Source: Octopus vulgaris (taxonomy: Eukaryota). From it: DNA of 64,000 bases. This document shows, in pieces, positions 12,157-23,917 of this stretch. Each line of letters starts with the position of its first letter. Within the stretch, counting starts at the first letter, position 1. The DNA lies in assembly GCA_951406725.2 (NCBI GenBank), contig OX597826.1, positions 1,426,001 through 1,490,000 on the forward strand, given 5' to 3'. Under the pieces are notes generated by a model, which searched no databases, was not told where the DNA came from, and worked only from the letters and a program-made list of their open reading frames with translations. A program made the position numbers and the translations under genes.

Positions 12157-13964
12157 TAGGTACAGCTACAGCTGTGTGGTTAAGGAGTTTACTGCAGAAC
12201 TAAGTAGTTCTAGATTCAATCTGATATGGATGTATCCATGTGTTTATGTTTACACTAAAGACAAGTGTTGTGCTGTGTTTCTTTATGTCCTGCAATTTAG
12301 CAGTTCCAGTAATAGGAATTGACAAAAACAATACCAGACTGAAATATTGTTGCAGTCCAATGACAAACCAATGGAAGAATAAAATAATAACACAACCCTA
12401 AGTCTCAGGAGATATCTCACAAAGTATCAGGGCCTGTTTTATAGGTCATTATTTGAGAATACTATGTCCTGTATAAGAATGCAATACAAAAATGAAAGTA
12501 GAAAACGACAGATTTAATCCTATCACTAACTTGGTAAAGGCCATCTCTGTTTTCATGATATAAAACTTGCCTTTTTCCCAAAGTGTTCATATTTAAACTA
12601 AATATAACAGAACATTTTGCCACATTATCAATCCAAAATCTGGTGTTTGGATAACAAAATGTCAGTTATTTTACTAAATTTTAAAAACTCAATCACTTAG
12701 GAAGTGTATTTCATGAGAAATATCTTTTATCTTTTACTTGCTTCAGTCACTGGATTGCAGCCATGCTATGGCACCAGCTTGAAAGGTTTAGTCAAATTGA
12801 CCCCAGTGCTTATTTTTAAGTCTGGTACTTATTATATCAATCTCTTTTGCTGAACTGCTAGGTTCTGGAGACGTATACAATCCAACACCATTTGTCAGGC
12901 AATGGCGATGGTAGACAACACAAACTGAAAGACATAAATGTACACACACACACACACACACAGGGCCAATAGGGGGAGAGCTACAAATGCTCAATATAGA
13001 AAGAAAACACCAGTAGTGCTCAAAGGACTGGAACTTAAATCTGTGCAGTCTTTATCAAGGATCAGCTCCAAAGAGTAAAGAGTGGTTCTAAGAAAAATCC
13101 AGGTGAGCTGATATGGAGATAGTGATGCAGATATAAACGATTAGGCCTGATATATACATAGACATTTAAATACACATACATACACACGCATATTATATAA
13201 ACAGGTCCCCACAGTTTCTGCTACCATATTCACTCACAAGGCATTGGTTTGCCTAGAGCTACAGTAGAAGACACTTGCCCAAGGTGCTGTCCAATAGGAC
13301 TGAACTCAAAATCATGTATTTGCAGAGCAAGATTCTTTACACAGCCATGCCAAGACCTGATGGTCACACAAGGATTAAAATAAAGGGAGTGGATTTTTTG
13401 TAACATTACATTCTTCAGAGAAATGTATTCTGTGAAGAACAAGAAAAACAAATCACATTACTCAAAATACTATTAAAAAGTTAACAAAAATTCTTTCTTC
13501 TTTCATTAATCAAATCAGTAAACACACTGCTGCTTCTAACGGTGGGATATTCCACACTGATGGTACACATGGGATACACTACACTCTATGAACAGCTGGG
13601 TGAACTGGTTGATACTGTGGCACCAGTGATAAAATATAAGAGTGAAAAGGTAGACAGATACTGTATTGATTTGGTCAGCTGTGACTCCTACTAATCCATG
13701 TACAATTCCAACACTACTTTCTCATACTATGATTGTATATGGAGGAAGAAGAGACCAGCTAACTATACCTGACTGTTGCAGCTGCCTTAACAACAGGCAA
13801 CCAAATTAAACAGAGCTAACTAGATTCTTTAATTAACACAACTTGCTGCTTAACAAGTCCGAATGTTTAAATATATCATATCAAAATCAACATGATATTA
13901 AGTTTCAATTTCTTAGTTTGGTGTTTTTGTGAAGTTGCTTAGCTGAGATCTTGATTGACATTAG

Positions 13965-14112
13965 GTATGGCTGTGAGGTTGAGAAGCTTGTTTCGCAACC
14001 ATGTAGTATAGGGTTCAGTCCCACTGGGCATCATCTTGAGCATTTCTACTGAAGCCCCAGGCCAACCAATGCTGTGTGAGCGAATTTTGTAGAGGGAAAC
14101 TGCATGGAAGAT

Positions 14113-14156
<44 letters not shown>

Positions 14157-14400
14157 CATACATACATACATACATATTTAAGAATGTATGTACATGTGCC
14201 TTTGTGTTTGTCCCCTCAATTTGACAACCAGTGTTGGTTCATTTACATCCCTAATAATTTAGTGGCTCAGCAAAAAGAGACCAAAAGAATAAGTATTAGA
14301 CTTAAAAAAAAAAAGTACCAGGGTCGAAAGATTCATCGAAATCCTTTAAAGTAGTGCCCCAGCATGGTCGTAGCCCAAATGACAAACAAAAGATAAGAGT
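13965..14400 (+). mobile_element. SINE family A
   Basis: Head, central (TA)n/(TACA)n and tail are all recognisable. Confidence 0.8.
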
Positions 14401-14504
14401 TAAACATAAGGATGCAAATTAGTAAAGGGGTACTGACAGCTGCCTTCTACTTTCTTGTGCACATAATAAGTACTTATTCTATCAACCAAAAAGGAAGGAT
14501 TTGA

Positions 14505-14620
14505 AAGCGCCTTCCTTTTGATCATTGTCCTCTAAGCCATAACAGAAGAATTCAAGACTGGCGGCCCCTGGGGACTATTATAATGCTGATGATCTTGCTC
14601 TCATAGCAGATTCTCTATAA
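14505..14620 (+). mobile_element. RTE-type LINE reverse transcriptase fragment
   Basis: Translates with a stop and frameshift to FLLIIVL*AITEEFKTGGPW...ADDLALIADS, the YADD catalytic region. Confidence 0.7.
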
Positions 14621-14689
14621 GAGCTGCACTCAAGAAGAACTGTCCTCTACAAGCCTTGTGCTGTTGCCAAGTAAAAAGCTATGAGCCTA

Positions 14690-14885
14690 TGCCAGTGCCA
14701 CGGAGCAGCATGCATGCTGGTGCCACATAGAAAGCACTCAGCACACCCTGTAAAGTGGCTGGTATTAGGAACCGCATCCAGCCGTAGAAACCAAGTCAAA
14801 CCAGACTGGAATCTGGTGTCGCTCTCCTGTCCAACCCATGCCAGCAAGGAAAACGGATGTTAAAGGATGATGATGATGATGATGA
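14690..14885 (+). mobile_element. Retroposon family C, 3' part
   Basis: Same tail motifs as 6885-7040, ending in (TGA)n. Confidence 0.75.
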
Positions 14886-15518
14886 ATATGGTGACAAGAA
14901 AGGAAATATAATAGGAGGACATAAAAGTTCTGTACTGTACTATTCATACCACCTGACTGTCACCTTATTAGTAATATATATTGTGAAAAGCCAAGTTGTA
15001 GAAATACCATTGAAAAATGGTTTTATGTAGACATAACAAGAGACAAACTGTCTGTAAGAACCTGTTCTTTTCAAAGCTATTGACTGAATTCATAGCCAAA
15101 AATACTACTATGAGATTTGAAACCTAAACTTGTCAGAGAGCTTTCAGTTGCTTGAATCTACTACATACATGGCTCAAGGAACCTTTTGTTAGACACACCT
15201 GAGTTGAAAGATGAGTCAATTGAATACAGGTAAAAAAACAGTCCTTGTTAAGTACACAATGACCTTTAGATTGTATGTAATAGTAGTTTGTTCTGATGGT
15301 CAAAAGTGGGTGCAGTCAGCCAACAGTCAGAAGTAGAGATTAAATAGATAGGCAGACAGATAGAGAAGAGAGAGGAAAACGGCAGGGTGGGGGGGGGGAG
15401 TAGGAGATAGAAACTGAGAATGTAAATATAGAAGCAGTACTTTTACAGGTGGTTTAATGAACATAAAGCATACTGGTGATATAAGTTAATAGATTTGAAG
15501 AAGAGTAGAGGAATTTAC

Positions 15519-15746
15519 CTGTCGGTGTCCCTCCCTCAGATAATCATTAAACCAAAAGAACACATCAAGCAAACACCTAATGCAATCTCTTAAGTGTAAC
15601 TTAATAACAGACAACATGCTGAATTATTAAATGCAAGAGAAGAGATGCCACTTGCTGTGTAACTGCACAGTACCTGGCTTCCTAGCAGCTAGAGAGAGAG
15701 AAACTCAATATTGAGTTTAGTACCAGCAAAACAACAGCACAACACC
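15519..15746 (-). CDS. Candidate alternative exon with ATG (15617) giving a 33-aa alternative N-terminus
   Basis: gggttttgcag| acceptor and CAG|GTAAAT donor; ATG to donor is 99 nt with no stop (MLSVIKLHLRDCIRCLLDVFFWFNDYLREGHRQ), phase 0, compatible with exon 6772. No homology support. Confidence 0.3.
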
Positions 15747-16384
15747 CTGCAAAACCCAAATTTCGACATAGTTCTCTCTGAGGATGTATTAATGATATGT
15801 ATGTGTGAACACCAACGCTTCTCTGACTCATGCTATTTATTGTTATTTCTTGCAAAGTTACCCCAAAAAGTTTAAAAAAACAAAAAACACAGAAGATTAT
15901 ACACATATATCTTAGAGTTTACAGACACAGCTCCACTCCCCAGAGAAAACTAAGAGCTACACAAATTACTGCTTGTCTTGGTATTTCTTATCATTCTAGA
16001 TTAGTAATTAGAAAATGGTGTGCCACTGTTAACTAAAGTGCAACAACATGTCAGTGTAGGTGGTTACATTTCGTGAATACGTGCAGTGGATAGCAGAACT
16101 GCTTGTGTTCAGACAAAATAACTTATGGCGTTTGGTTACAAATCTTTTTACACCGAGTTAAAAATCCATTTATGTTGACTTTGCTTTTAATCCTTCTGAA
16201 GTCAATAAATACTAATTATAGTGTTAATATAGTCAACTAAAAAATCCTTAAATACAATCAAACAACCAAAACTGATAAAATTATAGAATTTAACAGCAAA
16301 TTTATTAAAATTATAATTGGTCATATATATGTATCAAATTGCATCATATTGTGCTCATAATTCAAACATGTTCTATTATGTTCA

Positions 16385-16745
16385 TTATCATCATCATCGT
16401 TTAGCATCTGCTTTCCATGCTAGCATGGGTTGGACGGTTCAACTGAGGTCTGGGAAGCCCGAAGGCTGCACCAGGCCCAGTCTGATCTGGCAATGTTTCT
16501 ACGGCTGGATGCCCTTCCTAACGCCAACCACTCCGTGAGTGTAGTGGGTGCTTTTTACATGCCACTGGCACAGGTGCCAGACAAGGCTGGCAAACGGCCA
16601 CAATCGGATGGTACTTATTACGTGCCACCGGCACGGAGGTCAGTCGGGGTGGTGCTGGCAACGGCCACGTTCGGATGGTTCTCTTACATGCCACCGGCAC
16701 TGGTATCACAGCTACATTTTCCATTGATGTGGATCGATTTCGATT
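16385..16745 (-). mobile_element. Retroposon family C, longer copy with internal GTGCCACCGGCAC repeats
   Basis: (CAT)n tail, GGATGCCCTTCCTAACGCCAACC, and three CRTGCCACYGGCAC units. Confidence 0.8.
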
Positions 16746-19009
16746 TTATATAAGCAAATAAATAGCCACTCTTGAGGAAACATGTAACATAACTGAAAAG
16801 CCGACTCCATTCTTATTTGTTTAATCTTATATGTGAGTGTTTATGAGAATTAGCAGAAATTACAGTATCTTGAAGTACATGGCGAGGAAATGGTCTGTGA
16901 ATCTAAAACATTTTCAAATGCTTGCTTATTATATAGAATAGGTATGCGAGAAACAGTGCTTATATTTTTCCTGTTTTTCTAAACTGAGAAGGATTATGAT
17001 AACAGATTTAGAAAATTAGTGTAGTTAATATTAAATTTATAACAAGTTGCTGCAGCTCACAAGAGAGGAAAACATGGATGGTAAGATATATTTCCTAGAG
17101 AAATGGAGTTCTATATATTTGGAAGCTATATAAAAGCTTTTATAATGCATGTATATATGGGTGTATATTCTTCACTGATTTAAACTGATGCAGCTTATAA
17201 ACAATGATGAAAAAACCAAGGGACAAAAATCCCTGTAACAAATAACACTAATAAAGACAAAACATGAGCAAAAATAAATATTTTGGCATAACAAAGGCAG
17301 ACAGCCTGTTTGGCCCTTGAAATATGAAGTCACCCGGCATTAAAGGACCAACAAACATGAAAGAAACTGATGAGACACTTGATAGCAATTTAGATAAGTG
17401 TGCCCAGAGAACTAGCTAGAAACTGTACCGACAACAGTTATACTCCGAGTATTTAAGCATGTTGGTCTTCTGGTTTTAATATTTAATTTGAAAGACTCGC
17501 ATCGGAACACCGAATCAGCTGGTAGACAAAACAGTGTGAAGTGGAGGAAATATTGAGACTGTATCGTCAATCAGTCGAGCTTTGGAAATATCCGTCCAGC
17601 TTACAACAACAGTTCACTGTTTGTGTGCTGCACAATAGGAGAAAAATCTGAATTTTGAAATGGGAAGGGAGTTTTGTACTTTCTGCACATTGAAATTTCT
17701 TTAACACGTTTGGAAAGCTTGTAAATATGCACTCCCTTCTCTTCAAGAATAACATACTTTCAAAGTATAGTGTGTGTGTGTGTATGTGCATTGCACACCC
17801 TAATACTTATCAGTGTTACTACACTCTCTCAATTTTTAAATATATAGCTTAATCGCCCTTAGTCTTGCCATCTAGCAAAATATGCTTTGCTGAAGAGGTC
17901 TAATATGACCGAAATCTATCCTGCTTACACAAGTTGGCTTTAAAAACCAGAACTGCTCCAATAAACATCAAATACAGATTTCGAACAGAATCTACTGGAG
18001 TTATCTCCCTTGGTTTTAAAGGCAAATTTTGTTTACTTATTTTTTATTTTGCCAATGTTTTTTTGTTCTCCTGTTGGTATGTTGAATAGGGTGGATAGAC
18101 GGGTAGATAACACAGAAGGCACATGTCATCACACATGTCAAAAGTTCAGGCTTTTGTTTGTGTTATTGAGCTACTAGTTGACGGGCATGTTATGAAGCGA
18201 CGAAAAAGGGTTGAGGGTTTGACGAGGTGAGGTAGCCACAGTCAGGAAAGAAGCTTGCTGGTAAGCATGGCAAAGCTGCACAGTGGGGCCCCAGACCTGA
18301 CTGGATCATGGCATTATTTTAAACCCCCAAAAGACTTGATTTATTTCAGAGCTTTTGATTAGTTCAAGAGTTTTCGTAAGACGAATAGAAAATCAATCAA
18401 AACTATCACCAAGGAGAGAAAAAAACAAAAACTGTAACAAAAAGGAAAAGAAATTAAGATATTTATTTTTAATCTGGTCTGTAATTAGGTGGAGTTCATA
18501 CGACGGACTTTCGAAAAGGATGTTACTACCTCAGAGAGAAGAACGGGAAAAGGGGGGCAAGATATAAAATATAAGCGATTAAGATTTGGGGAATAAATTT
18601 CTTTCAGAACCAGAATTCCAGTAACTATGAAACATAAGAATAATTATAAGTGGAAGAAAACGGACTCTCAGTTCCTTAACCGTTTCCCTTCCACATGAAA
18701 TAAAGACACCTACTCCCAAACTTCACCATCTTAAGGATAAGGAACACGGAGATCTATGATGTTCAAGCCCTAGCCATGAATGTTAAAGGGTGTCAGTGGT
18801 TGGAAATGGAAATGGAAATCGGAAAGACAGAATTTGTTACGGAAATTTCAACATTGAATCATTCATCACCGAACTGTTTAAATCATGCGTGAAGTTTGTA
18901 TAATAACCACAAACACCAAACACCACCAACATTTTACTAACACTCGGTTGGAAGCCATTCCACATTTTACAACATTCATGAAATGAAAACAGCATGCATG
19001 TCACAACAT

Positions 19010-19200
19010 CCCGTTCCGGCTTCCAGATTACCTTAAAAATTAAACGAACAATGTATGAACTGAAATGATTTGTGAAAAAATGAATAAATAAAGGGAATCA
19101 AGGCTAAAAATTGATGAAACATGGCGTCGAGCCACACCCTCTTTGTGAAGAGACGGAAGCTACCCGCGATGAAGAGATGATCGTTATTATCATCAGCACC
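19010..19200. promoter_or_regulatory. Putative intronic promoter / short first exon (P3)
   Basis: YY1-type AAACATGGCG at 19117-19126; ETS-like CGGAAG at 19154-19159 and TTCCGG at ~19015; minus-strand donor AAG|GTAATC at 19031; lies at the centre of a CpG-retaining island (~17.4-21.4 kb). Confidence 0.45.
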
Positions 19201-19813
19201 ACCTCAATGGAAACAGCAGGAGGAAATAGTTTTATTGACAGCTACACACAGGAGAAGCGGGAGAGAAAGAATGTCAAGATACATTAAACTGATTAATTTA
19301 GAAATTTAGATAAAATAATAATAATTAAAAATACGATAGATAAGTCTTTCGAAGTAACCGGATATTTATATCTTTTCTATTTCGTTAGTGTCCTACTCAC
19401 TAAATTACTAGAATAGACGTAGTGTGTGTTTGTGTAAATATACAAGTGTATAATAAGGTAGGAGGAATAACAATCCTTTCTGTTATAGGCACAAAAACTA
19501 AAATTTCGGGTGGCGAATGGTCGATTACATCAATCCCGGAAGAAGAATGAAAGGCGAAGTCTCAACCTGGGCAGAATTTGAACTGAGGACGTTAAGAGGG
19601 ACGAAACACTGCTAAGCATTTTCTCCGGTGTGTCAACGACCCTGTCAGCTCGATAAAAATAATTGTTTCCAAATTAGAAGAGAGAGGTTAGTCGATACCA
19701 TCGACTCCAGTACATGACTGGTATTTTATTTTATCAACTCTGAATGGAATGTGGAAAAAAACTGCACGGAAATAGTTTCTAACAAGTCCCATGGCCTCAA
19801 ATTTGGGGCACAG

Positions 19814-19891
19814 GTAAAGAATACGCACAGCCAGGGGTTTGGGGTTTGGGTTTTTGTTAGGTCGAAAACGGGTGGTGTGCGTATTCTTTAC
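19814..19891. mobile_element. ~78-bp MITE-like hairpin element with telomere-like core
   Basis: TIR GTAAAGAATACGCACA...TGTGCGTATTCTTTAC with internal GGGTTT repeats; second copy at 45496-45571. Confidence 0.7.
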
Positions 19892-21617
19892 TTTCTTCAG
19901 CTTTTGTAGGGTTTCCATTCAAACAGATCGAACGTTTTACCATTATTTTTCCCTGCGGTTTCTGAATTACATCCAAAGCTAACCATTTATAAAAGGAAGA
20001 ATAAATAGACACTGAGTCTAAGTTGAACTCAGTATACGTCTGGTATTTATTTTTAGTATATTCACCGAAATTTAATCTCGAAACGCTTCACGGTCCGTAA
20101 GTTAGCGGTTCGGCAAATAATATCGATAGATTAAGTGCCTGGCTTTAAAATATATATATATATATATATAGATAAGTACTGGGATAGATTCGTTCGAATA
20201 AAATTCAAGGCGAGCCCCCAGCATGGCTACAGTCCACAGAGAGAGAGAGAGATTTATAGGACATGGGTACATACAAAATTCAATCAGTCTCCGAAATGAG
20301 CAAAAGCACTTATTTTGTCGGCCACAGTGATACAAATGAAAACAAATCGTCAGAACGAGGAGTTGACTGAACAAAATGTTTTTATGGATCCACTTATTTC
20401 AACCAGGTTCTTCCACATGCTTTGAAACTCGTCAAAATACTACGTAATGGGAGATTAAAACATTGTCGTGCTCATTCTGTTTAAGTGTCGTCTACAACAT
20501 CAACGCTATCAAGCTGACGAGGCGCCTTTATACAACCGTTCATTATGCTAAAAATAATAGCTAAATACCCTTAAAATCATTCTGCTGCTTTGTAGTAAAT
20601 AAATAAATAAATAAATAAAATGGAATAAAAAAAGTTTATCAATGGTAGCGTAAAAGAATGGCAAACCAAATGCTTTAGCTATAAGTATTTTGTGTATCTA
20701 TAAATAGAAGGTCTGAATCTCTAGAATTATCATTCCTTCCATTTGGGGATTTCTCAGCACTACTTGAGACTGCCCAGCTCCCACCACCACCTTGAAATAC
20801 ACTGTACTTTGGACTACCTTTTCCAATATCTTCTTCCTTTTTTCTGAGACTGCAGGGAATGATTTTGAAGGGTATTTGGCTGCTGTTTCTAGCGTAGAGG
20901 CTCTTTAGTTGGTTTGTTAATGGCACAATTGCTTTTAGATTAAATCATGGGCAAAGTTCGGTCTGCGGGACTTTTTGAATGGCACACACCTAACGCAAAG
21001 CTGCCTTCAATTTTTGTTTTAGTAGTAGTAGTAGTAGTAGTGTGGCCTGCCTAATTATGAACCCAGTTCTCGAAAAAGGTTGCCCATATCTGCCTCAGGA
21101 CAAGGTACGAAGTATGAGAAATCTTTTTTCCTAAGCAGCAATCCCCATAGAGATATTTATTGCCCATCATAAACCAGACCACTTCACTAACACAATGTAC
21201 GTCATATATTACACTAATTAAATCATAAAATAATTTGAGAGAGGTGGGGTGGGGGTGGATAGCCTGAGTGAATGAGAAACAAAGGAGCAATATTGTTCAA
21301 AAGTGTTGGACACTAAGAGAAAGTTATGCTTATGATAACGATATTCCGTGTACTATACACAGAGTCATGAAGGCACCGACCTGCAGGCTTGTTCCAGCTT
21401 GTCTGGGGTTTCACTACACAACCATTTTCTCCTGCACCGACAAAATTAAGAGTCGCTAAAAATATATATGATGAATTAACCACAGTATACAACTGGTACC
21501 TGTCTTTTTACCTTCCACTTGTTTCAGTCATTGGACTGCAGCCAAAATGGGGAACAGTCTTCAAGAGTTTATTTAGTTGTACTAATCAACACCAGAAGTA
21601 ATTTGTTTAAAGTCAGG

Positions 21618-21850
21618 TAAGGTGGTGAGCTGGCAGAGACGTTAGCACGCCGGGCGAAATGCGTAGCTGTATTTCGTCTGCTGTTACATTCCAAGTTCAA
21701 ATTGTGCCGAGGTCGACTTTGCCTTTCATCCTTTCGGGGTCGATAAATTAAGTACCAGTTATGCACTGGGGTCAATATAATTGACTTAATCTGTTTGTCT
21801 GTCCTTGTTTGTCCTATCTGTGTTTAGCCCCTTGTGGGTAGTAAAGAAAT
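21618..21850 (+). mobile_element. SINE family B nested in a minus-strand family A copy (21515-22090)
   Basis: Full B element between two halves of an A element; short AGGTA duplication at the flanks. Confidence 0.85.
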
Positions 21851-22470
21851 AGGTATTGCTCTCTTTCATTGAAATGCTAAGTTACAGGGATGTAAACAAA
21901 CCAACAATAGTTGTCAAATGGTGCATGTGTGAGGATGGCAAACACAAACTGAAAGACACACACACACATGCATGCACAATGGGTTTCCTCACAGTTTCTG
22001 TCAACTGCTTGGCTTGGGCTCTGGTAGAAGATACTTGCCTATGGTGCTGCACAGTGGAACAACCGAACCTGAAACCACAGGGTTGCAATAGTTTCTGTCA
22101 CTCCATGATTGCTGCCTTATAACAATTGGTACAGGACCACCAGAATATGACACTGTACCATGAACTGAATTGGTCTTGGAATATGATTAGTAGTTCTTAT
22201 TCTATTGAACCATGGAGGAACCAAAGGCAAAGCCAGTCTTTATCGTTTCTCTTATTTCTTTCAGTCATTAGACCATGGCCCTGCTGGGGCACTGCCTTGT
22301 AAAATTTTAGTCGAACACATCAACCCCAGTACTCATTTTGGCTTTTAAGCCAGGGGCTTGTTCTATCGGTGTCTTTTGCTGAACTGCTAAGGACATCGAT
22401 AGGTAAACACCCCAACACTGGTTGTCAAACAGTGGTGGAGACAAACATGGCTACAAAGGCACACACATAT

Positions 22471-22684
22471 ACAAGGGGGTACTGGAAAGTTCCTGGCTTC
22501 AAAGGTATCATGAATGGTCTGGTTGGAGGCCCAACTCTCCGAGTTCTTTTACAGAGCTTTAAAAAACTGAAGGACCACTGCAATAAGAGTGTGAATCTGA
22601 GAGGGGAATATGTTGAATAAAGCCATTATTAACTGATCCTCTTGTATTTTCTTTTACCCTAAGCCAGGAACCTTTCATCCACCA

Positions 22685-22689
<5 letters not shown>
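22471..22689 (+). mobile_element. Internally deleted mariner element
   Basis: Inverted ends GGAAAGTTCCTGGCTT / AAGCCAGGAACCTTTC; encodes the transposase C-terminus 'FKKLKDHCNKSVNLRGEYVE*'. Confidence 0.7.
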
Positions 22690-22749
<60 letters not shown>

Positions 22750-22776
22750 GTATATATGTATATATATATATATATA

Positions 22777-22920
22777 GGGTTGGTGCATAATTATTGCGGC
22801 TTTTTTCAACAAAAACATCTTTAAATGATTATTCCAGAGCATATTCACCATCCACTTCAATTACTGCTTTCCCATTTGCTTGGCAGACAGTCAGACCCGT
22901 CATTTAAAGATGTTTTTGTT
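22777..22920 (-). mobile_element. Second mariner end fragment
   Basis: TA-GGGTTGGTGCATAATTATTGCGG terminus; the minus strand reads 'LPSKW..AVIEVDGEYALE*'. Confidence 0.65.
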
Positions 22921-22929
22921 AAATATTGT

Positions 22930-23148
22930 TCTTATGTATGTGTATGTTTGTGTGTCTGTGTTTGTCCCCCCAACATCGCTTGACAACTGATGCTGGTGTG
23001 TTTATGTCCCTGTAACTTAGCAGTTCGGCAAAAGAGACTGATAGAATAAGTACTAGGCTTACAAAGAATAAGTCCCGGGGTCGATTTGCTCGACTAAAGG
23101 CGGTGCTCCAGCATGGCCGCAGTCAAATGACTGAAACAAGTAAAAGAG
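22930..23148 (+). mobile_element. SINE family A, 3' half (well preserved)
   Basis: Near-consensus tail with CpGs retained. Confidence 0.85.
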
Positions 23149-23743
23149 TCTCAGAGCCCTTATGCCACTCAGTAGTCTCAGAAGACTAAAGAGACATGAT
23201 TAGTACCATTGTTCTGACTAAATCACAGTCTCTTTCCTTGTTTCACATAATAATGCTAAATGCATTTCTTTTCCAAGTTTCCAGTTCATTGTTTGCAAGG
23301 AGAAGCAACAAATGAGTGAAATTGTGAATTAAGTGTCTACAACCATTTGAATGCAAATCGTAGACAGAAGTACAAATTTTATACAGAATTTCTATAACAC
23401 TTTAGCAAGTAAACCAGTTATATCCAGCTCCCCACCCCACCATGAATTATGTTGCACATTAGACTACCTTCTCCAATATCTTCTTCCATCTTTTGAAGGA
23501 TACTTGGCTGTTATGTTATATATTAAAACTAGTCAAATTCAACCTCTTACCCTACAATGTAATTCTAAAAACTATACAAACTATAACACCATTGATATCT
23601 CAAAGCTGAGAAAATGCACAATTAATTCAAAGCAATATGAGCAAATAAGCATTACATTTGAGAAAGTACTATGAATGTTAAAGGATCAAGTTAATGGTTA
23701 TCAAGAAAATCTGGAGAATTGTCAAGAAATTCATCATATTTAC

Positions 23744-23917
23744 CGAGATTTCAAATTCAGAAATGTTGCCATCCAGGAGCTGTATGTTTACTCTTGCCAT
23801 CTTGCCAGGTTTCGTTACAGTTTTCTTTTTGCTGCTGCTGGGTTCATTCGAGGGTTCCGAATTATTCGAGGTGATTAAAAGGGCTGAGGTGCCACTTGTT
23901 TCGCCACTTAGCGTTTC
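23744..23917 (-). CDS. EPB41: Coding exon of a protein 4.1/coracle-like FERM gene (N-terminal stretch plus start of FERM F1 lobe)
   Basis: ttgatttcag|GAA...TCG|gtaaat boundaries; 174 nt, open in phase 0: ETLSGETSGTSALLITSNNSEPSNEPSSSKKKTVTKPGKMARVNIQLLDGNISEFEIS. The 'V.I.LLDG' motif marks the FERM start; AAG-ATG-G is a good Kozak context; joins in frame to exon 6772-6662. Confidence 0.9.

Noticed and set aside
19121-19180. Plus-strand ORF MASSHTLFVKRRKLPAMKR
   Set aside because: Only 19 codons with no donor; ATGGCG is better explained as a YY1 motif.
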